A stretch of 64,000 bases of DNA. Source: Macrostomum lignano (lineage: Eukaryota). Position 1 is the first letter of the stretch. The number at the start of each line of letters is the position of its first letter. The notes under the pieces are model-generated. The model saw only the letters and a list, made by a program, of their open reading frames with translations, ran no database searches and was not told where the DNA came from. Both the position numbers and the translations under genes were made by a program. This document shows positions 57,349-64,000 of the stretch, piece after piece. The stretch spans positions 245,683 to 309,682 of the forward strand of contig NIVC01001050.1 of the NCBI GenBank assembly GCA_002269645.1, read 5' to 3'.

Positions 57349-59178
57349 TTACCAACGTCGAGGAGGAGGTGGAACTACACGGCAAACACGAGGCAGAGGA
57401 GTAGGAGGAGGAGGAGGAGGAGGAAGAGGAGGAGGGGGAATACGAGCAGCAGCAGCTGAATTCACACGGGTCCAAATGTACATGAACTTGCGTTCGATCA
57501 AGAAATAGTGCAACGAATTCGAATATGCATCCGCAGATGACTCGAATACCACAGCTTTGTGCAGCACAGAGTAAAGCCATTCGTGACCTTTACTGTTACG
57601 AATGCCGATAAGCCCGAATCCGTGATCAAACGTGGTCAAGCAAACTAAACTGCTGTGCAGATTCGACTCGGTATGAGAACCCGGCGGAGACCACAGATCG
57701 AACAACTCATTGCTACCATGAACTTTGAAATACACAGAGTTATTAGTCATAAAAATCAGTTTACGTTTGAGTGCAACGACATCTACAACATCGGAAACTG
57801 ATAGTTGAGTCCGCTCTTGAACTTCGAGTGTCTCTGAAGACAGGCACAAAAGCCGAGAATCGCTTCCCAGAATGTAAATCTTGCTACCATAACCAGTCAC
57901 TCGCAGAGGCGCCTCAATCTGCAGAGACTTCACCTCGTGCAGCACAGAACCGGCAAGGTCCGTCACGATCAAATCTGAGTTGTTAAACAGCAGATAGAAT
58001 TGCTGTTGAGCATCGTTACAATGAGCAGATGCAAGTTTACGGTTTGGAGTCTTCCATTCGCCAATATGAATTCCTGTATTTCCAGTGCCAGAGGTATCAA
58101 AAAACCGGACAAGGGTGTCATCCTGCTGTTTCGAATTGCTCTGATAGCCAAATGCTACAACACAGAACCGAGGTAACGACCTGCTTCCCTCACAAGACTG
58201 CGTTGAAATAACGCCATCTTTCATGTGAAACCCTTCAGTACGGGTGCACGATTCAATTCGAATGAGTTCAAAATTGGTATCATGCTCAATCTCTTTGACG
58301 ATAGGATGAGAGCACTCGAAATTTACAGGAATCGTTGCAGAATTCACTGCCTTAAAAATGTCGCAGGAAAGTGGACGAACACGATCCACTGTGGAATTGA
58401 TCGACGGCTGCCAGTGTTCATCGACTTGAAGATTTTCAAGTGAATAGTGTAGCGTCATAAGAGATTGGAACTGACTTTTTATCCTGTCAGAAGCGTTAGT
58501 CTTATTTTCGATTTCCACCAGCAAGCTCTCAACCGGCTCCAGCGACTGAGCATCCGACTGAAGCTTTTCAATTTCATCGTCCAGCTTTTTCAGTGTCTGA
58601 TGCCGGCACTCCATCAGTTGATCTTGCATTTCATCAAACATATCAGACACATCTTCCCTGTCCGCCATCAACTCGTGCAATACGGCTTTTCGACTCTTGA
58701 TCTGCTTAACTAGAAGCGCCACTTTCGGCTGCAGCTCAGCCTGAAGCGCCGTCAGCTTGGCTGCGAATCGATCAAAATCTGTCCGCAGATGCCGCTCGCA
58801 CAGCGGACCCTCGAACTCAAGTCCACAGCCCGTGGCGGCTTCGTTGCAGTTCAACAAGCTGCAGGTATTCTTATCGTCTGTCTGACCACAAGCTGCTGCA
58901 CCAGATGCAGCTTGTTGCAGCTGGCTCTGCACAATCCAAGCAGTACGAGCGTCCGCTCTTAACTCTGAACCGTCTGCGTTGAAGCCTCGACGACACAGCG
59001 GACATCGGCGAATTGAACCGGAACCATCAGCTGCCTGCATCTCCTCGTCCTGGCTCATGAAGCATCGTCTGCACACGATGTCGCCGCAAGGTAGCTGGCA
59101 CGGTTCAGTGAACACATGATGGCAGTAGCCGCACGTGATCAGGTCAGATAGATCGACTGGTGGCTGAGCCTGAGCCAT
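57349..59178 (-). CDS. TRIM-like E3 ligase: RING, B-box-like, coiled coil, divergent beta-propeller-like C-terminus; single exon
   Basis: CGYC..FTEPCQLPCGDIVCRRC...CPLC; C..C...C......LCERH; heptad-rich middle region; 609-aa uninterrupted ORF. Confidence 0.85.
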   Translation of the reverse strand: MAQAQPPVDLSDLITCGYCHHVFTEPCQLPCGDIVCRRCFMSQDEEMQAADGSGSIRRCPLCRRGFNADGSELRADARTAWIVQSQLQQAASGAAACGQTDDKNTCSLLNCNEAATGCGLEFEGPLCERHLRTDFDRFAAKLTALQAELQPKVALLVKQIKSRKAVLHELMADREDVSDMFDEMQDQLMECRHQTLKKLDDEIEKLQSDAQSLEPVESLLVEIENKTNASDRIKSQFQSLMTLHYSLENLQVDEHWQPSINSTVDRVRPLSCDIFKAVNSATIPVNFECSHPIVKEIEHDTNFELIRIESCTRTEGFHMKDGVISTQSCEGSRSLPRFCVVAFGYQSNSKQQDDTLVRFFDTSGTGNTGIHIGEWKTPNRKLASAHCNDAQQQFYLLFNNSDLIVTDLAGSVLHEVKSLQIEAPLRVTGYGSKIYILGSDSRLLCLSSETLEVQERTQLSVSDVVDVVALKRKLIFMTNNSVYFKVHGSNELFDLWSPPGSHTESNLHSSLVCLTTFDHGFGLIGIRNSKGHEWLYSVLHKAVVFESSADAYSNSLHYFLIERKFMYIWTRVNSAAAARIPPPPLPPPPPPPTPLPRVCRVVPPPPRRW

Positions 59179-59933
59179 CGTGCATGAAACAATACAAACA
59201 ACGGTTTTATAAAATGATAGCCAAAAATTCCTACTTTACTAGGAACCTTAAGCTTCCTTGCTTCTAGTTTAAAACCTATATAGGTAACTTTAATAGTATG
59301 CCTTATAATTTCCAGTTTTTGCACTGTCTTAATCACCAGTTGGTGTCTAAAGAGAGCTATCTATAATAGTCTTTCACTAGAATCAAAATATAGTGATTTA
59401 TTAGGAAACAACCGTAAATGAAATTACTGAATGGTACCTTGCAGAAAGGCAAGTACTAAAAGTTCAAAATCCTTAGTGACAACCAAACAAAGAAGACCAG
59501 AAAAAAAGAAACAAATTGTTTACAGATGGAATTAAGCACATTAACTAAATGTATTTGAATACAAGTGCCTATCTAAATAAAGCACGAAGCAATTACCGCA
59601 GTACATTAACAGTTCTAATGTGGTCATCCCATACGATGATAGATATTGTAGCGTCACATTTATTTATTATATTTGTTCACAAAATAAACTAAGCAACTTA
59701 TTATTATTAAAACCAGGCGACACAAGTGTCTTCTAGTACAGCCTGTTTATATTGCATAGCTATAACAGGTAAAAATGATGACACCCTTAGAAGAATAGAA
59801 ATGCCTAAAATATGAAATCAAAACCATTATTTATTAATAACTCTAATAGATGTTAGCCTGAGCTCATAGCCAACTTAAACTCAAAATTCTAATGTTGCTC
59901 ATCCCATATTTTGTGAATTAAAAAAGTCCAGTT

Positions 59934-62900
59934 TCACAGGCCCAACGGATTGACTTGGACAACGCCGCCATTGTCGCAGACAGTCTTGGAAATGTCCTTG
60001 GACAGTTCGATGCTAGTCTGAGTTCGATTCGATTTCAATTGGCCCAAGTTGTACTGAATCCAATCGGCACTCTGTAGGCGGTGGGTTCGAGCGATAGGAT
60101 AGCTTCATGATGGCATTTAGATAGCTTCAGGGTGGCATTTAGATAACTTCAGGATGGCATTTAGATAACTTCAGGGTGGCATTTACATAACTTCAGGATG
60201 GCATTTAGATAACTTCAGGATGGCATTTAGATAACTTCAGGGTGGCATTTACATAACTTCAGGATGGCATTTAGATAACTTCAGGGTGGCATTTACATAA
60301 CTTCAGGATGGGGCATTAGATAACTTCAGGGTGGCATTTAGATAAATTCAGGATAGCATTTAGATAACTTCAGGATGGTATTTAGATAACTTCAGGATGG
60401 TATTTAGATAACTTCAGGATGGTATTTAGATAACTTCAGTATGGTATTTAGATAACTTCAGGATGGTATTTAGATAACTTCAGGATGGTATTTAGATAAC
60501 TTCAGGATGGTATTTAGATTACTTCAGGATGGCATTTAGATAACTTCAGGATGGGATCAGATGGCTTCAGGATGGCATTTAGATAACTTCAGGATGGGAT
60601 CAGATAGCTTTAGGAGAGGATCAGATAACTTCAGGAGAGGATCCTGGGTTTTTTGTGAGAATGGGTGCGAATAGCATCCTGGTCTTAAAAATCGCACCCT
60701 GAAATTTGACTCAGGGTAAGAAAAGCGCACCAGAATCTTTTGCAAGGATGCGATGCGGATTTCACAATTTAGTGTTATGGACGTGCAGCGCATCCTGGTT
60801 TTGAAAATCGCACCCTGAAATCTAGCACAAGGTGCGAAATCGCACCCAAGTTATGGACGAAAAAAACCCCAGAGAGGATCAGATAACTTCAGGAGAGGAT
60901 CAGATAACTTCAGGAGAGGATCAGATAACTTCAGGAGAGGATCAGATAACTTCAGGAGAGGATCAGATAACTTCAGGAGAGGATCAGATAACTTCAGGAG
61001 AGGATCAGATAACTTCAGGAGAGGATCAGATAACTTCAGGATGGGATCAGATAACTTCTCAGGATGGGATCAAATAACTTCAGGATGGGATCAGATAACT
61101 TCAGGATGGGATCAAATAACTTCAGGATGGGATCAGATAACTTTAGGATGGGATCAGATAACTTCTCAGGATGGGATTAGATAACTTCAGGATGGGATCA
61201 GATAGCTTCAGGTTGGGATTCAGACAACTTCAGGATGGGATCAGATAACTTCAGGAATGGGATCAGATAACTTCAGGAGAGGATCAGATAACTTCAGGAG
61301 AGGATCAGATAACTTCAGGAGAGGATCAAATAACTTCAGGATGGGATCAGATAACTTCTCAGGATGGGATCAGATAACTTCAGGATGGGATCAGATAACT
61401 TCTCAGGATGGGATTAGATAACTTCAGGATGGGATCAGATAACTTCAGGATGGGATCAGATAACTTCAGGATGGGATCAGATAACTTCAGGAATGGGATC
61501 AGATAACTTCAGGATGGGATTAGATAACTTCAGGATGGGATCAGATAACTTCAGGATGGGATCAGATAACTTCAGGATGGGATCAGATAACTTCAGGAAT
61601 GGGATCAGATAACTTCAGGATGGGATTAGATAACTTCAGGATGGGATCAGATAACTTCAGGATGGGATTAGATAACTTCAGGATGGGATCAGATAACTTC
61701 AGGATGGGATCAGATAACTTCAGGATGGGATCAGATAGCTTCAGGATAAAGACAAATCTTCACTTCTCCCTCAGATCACTCAATTATAAAGCTTATCATG
61801 AATTAAAAGCATTAATAACAGCATACTGTACTGCTGCTCACCTCATTGCACAGGTAGTGCACCAGTCTCGTCTCGTACTCAGCCGAAGCTGCCCCAGCCC
61901 GCAGGCTCTGATCAGCCCTGGACAGCGCCGCAGCCATCGCGTAGGCGTGCATGGCGCCCTCGGCCAGCCTGTTGAGCTCGTGCTGGCGTTCGATCACGCC
62001 TTTCTTGTGCTTCACCACAATGTCCTGTACAGGTTGCGGGTGTTGGGAGTAGGAGAGGGTGGAGACAAAGGAGTTAAAAAGTTAATTTAGGATTTACTAT
62101 ATAGGATCTACTTATCCATCCCCTTTGATTCTATCTACATCAACCAACCCCATCTATGAACACGAACCCACTCCATCTATCCACACAAACCCACTCCATC
62201 TATCCACACAAACCCACTCCATCTATCCACACAAACCAACCCCATCTATGAACACGAACCCACTCCATCTATCCACACAAACCCACTCCATCTATCCACA
62301 CAAACCAACTCCATCTATCCACACAAACCCACTCCATCTATCCACACAAACCACTCCATCTATCCATACAAACCAACTCCATCTATCCACACAAACCCAC
62401 CCATCTATCTACAAACCCACCCATCTATCTACAAACCCACCAATCTATCTACAAACCCACCCATCTATCTACAAACCCACCCATCTATATACAAACCCAC
62501 CCATCTATCTACAAACCCACCCATCTATCTACAAACCCACCCATCTATATACAAACCCACCCATCTATCTACAAACCCACCCATCTATATACAAACCCAC
62601 CCATCTATCTACAAACCCACCCATCTATATACAAACCCACCCATCTATCTACAAACCCACCCATCTATCTACAAACCCACACCATCTATCTACAAACCCA
62701 CCCATCTATCTACAAACCCACCCATCTATCTACAAACCCACCCATCTATCTACAAACCCACCCATCTATCTACAAACCCACCCATCTATATACAAACCCA
62801 CCCCATCTATCTACGAACCCACCCCATCTATCTACAAACCCACCCCATCTATCCACAAACCCACACCATCTATATACAAACCCACCCATCTATCTACAAA

Positions 62901-63631
62901 CCCACCCATCTATCTACAAACCCACCCCATCTATCTACAAACCCACCCCATCTATCTACAAACCCACCCCATCTATCTACAAACCCACCCCATCTATCTA
63001 CAAACCCACCCATCTATCTACAAACCCACCCCATCTATCTACAAACCCACCCCATCTATCTACAAACCCACCCATCTATCTACAAACCCACCCCATCTAT
63101 CTACAAACCCACCCCATCTATATACAAACCCACCTATCTATCTACAAACCCACCCCATCTATCTACAAACCCACCCCATCTATATACAAACCCACCTATC
63201 TATCTACAAACCCACCCCATCTATCTACAAACCCACCCCATCTATATACAAACCCACCTATCTATATACAAACCCACCCAATCTATCCAGCCGCTTACCT
63301 GCACAGCCTGGCCCAGGTGTCCGGCAGTCTGGCCGAGCAGTTCGCCAGACGCTTTCAGCTCGGGATGCAGCCGCTCGAGCAGGGCCCCAGTGTCTGGTGA
63401 GGCCACGGAGCCCAAGCCCATCTTTCTGAAGCCCATGGACACCAGAGCTGATGGATTGCTCAACGGGCTCTTAGCCAACTGTTGCAGCTGCTTGCCAGCG
63501 TACTGCACGCCCAGCAGAGTGAAGAACAATCGAAGAATATCGTTGGTGCCTTCGAATATACGAAAGATGCGTAGGTCGCGCATGACGCGTTCTAGGCCGG
63601 TCTCTCGCATGTAGCCCATGCCGCCCAGGAT
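59934..63631 (-). CDS. ACADVL: Very-long-chain acyl-CoA dehydrogenase, 3' exons 63631-63299, 62024-61842, 60071-59934; upstream exons lie beyond the window
   Basis: GGMGYMRETGLERVMRDLRIFRIFEGTNDILRL, HPELKASGEL, KHKKGVI and C-terminal GGVVQVNPLGL match VLCAD better than ACAD9. All junctions are phase 0. Confidence 0.92.
60105..61745. repeat. AGATAACTTCAGG-core minisatellite: 22-bp unit grading into 21-bp units, ACADVL last intron
   Basis: GGATGGCATTTAGATAACTTCA changes to GGATGGGATCAGATAACTTCA / GAGAGGATCAGATAACTTCAG. Confidence 0.97.
60644..60872. mobile_element. 229-bp TIR element inserted in the minisatellite, 8-bp TSD
   Basis: Ends CTGGGTTTTTT / AAAAAAACCCCAG; TSD AGAGGATC at 60636-60643 and 60873-60880; internal duplicated GCATCCTGGT...AAAATCGCACCCTGAAAT. 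Confidence 0.82.
62140..63290. repeat. 20/21-bp minisatellite (CCATCTATCTACAAACCCAC), ACADVL intron
   Basis: Directly visible; runs up to the donor site. Confidence 0.98.
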
Positions 63632-63699
63632 CTGATGGGGTGTAGATTAACAAAAATTATCGGGTTTCAGTCACAAGAGAAAGATGGGTTTAACAGCTC

Positions 63700-64000
63700 A
63701 AATGAAAAAAAGTCACGTGAGTTAAAAAAGATCACTTAGGTTAAGGTCATGTGACAAAATGATCGGATTTAAGTCACGTGACGAAAGGATTGAGTTTGGG
63801 TCACATGATAAAAAGATTGGGTTCCGGTCACGTGACAAAATGATCGGGATAGGGTTACGTGACATATTTGGGTTTGGGTCACTTAATAAAAGGATTGAGT
63901 TCGGGTCACGTGATAAAAGGATTGAGCTCGGGTCACGTGACAAAATGATCGGGATAGGGTTACGTGACATATTTGGGTTTGGGTCACTTAATAAAAGGAA
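63700..64000. repeat. Degenerate ~27-bp repeat containing GTCACGTGAC, truncated by window end
   Basis: CACGTG-bearing units, with a ~104-bp higher-order duplication. Confidence 0.85.

Overview
Eukaryotic (animal) genomic DNA with GT-AG introns. GC-rich exons sit in AT-rich spacers, and mini- and microsatellites are very dense. This is reminiscent of the flatworm Macrostomum lignano, but the taxon is inferred, not shown. Twelve protein-coding genes can be assembled by hand: FREM1-like ECM protein (-, with an apparent 1-nt frameshift), CCDC102-like (+), Eco1/ESCO acetyltransferase (+), a ppGalNAc-T lacking the lectin domain (-), an intronless DEG/ENaC (-), a divergent ankyrin-TRP channel (+), a secreted C-type lectin/PAN-like protein (+), a degenerate EF-hand/coiled-coil protein (-), two tandem Fos/ATF3-family bZIP genes (-), an intronless RING/B-box TRIM-like gene (-) and the 3' part of ACADVL (-). 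About 20 distinct tandem arrays fill introns and spacers. Also present are several non-autonomous DNA transposons with 8-bp TSDs (one nested, one carrying an internally born minisatellite, one inserted in a minisatellite) and a tRNA-headed CORE-SINE. There is no CRISPR array, rRNA or prokaryotic system. The most interesting candidates are a TRP channel with no visible pore helix, a Fos/ATF3 pair with one degenerate zipper and oppositely oriented repeats around the frame-symmetric bZIP exon, and direct evidence that minisatellites are seeded from MITE interiors, coding sequence and a stop codon. Splice models were read by eye and need RNA confirmation.
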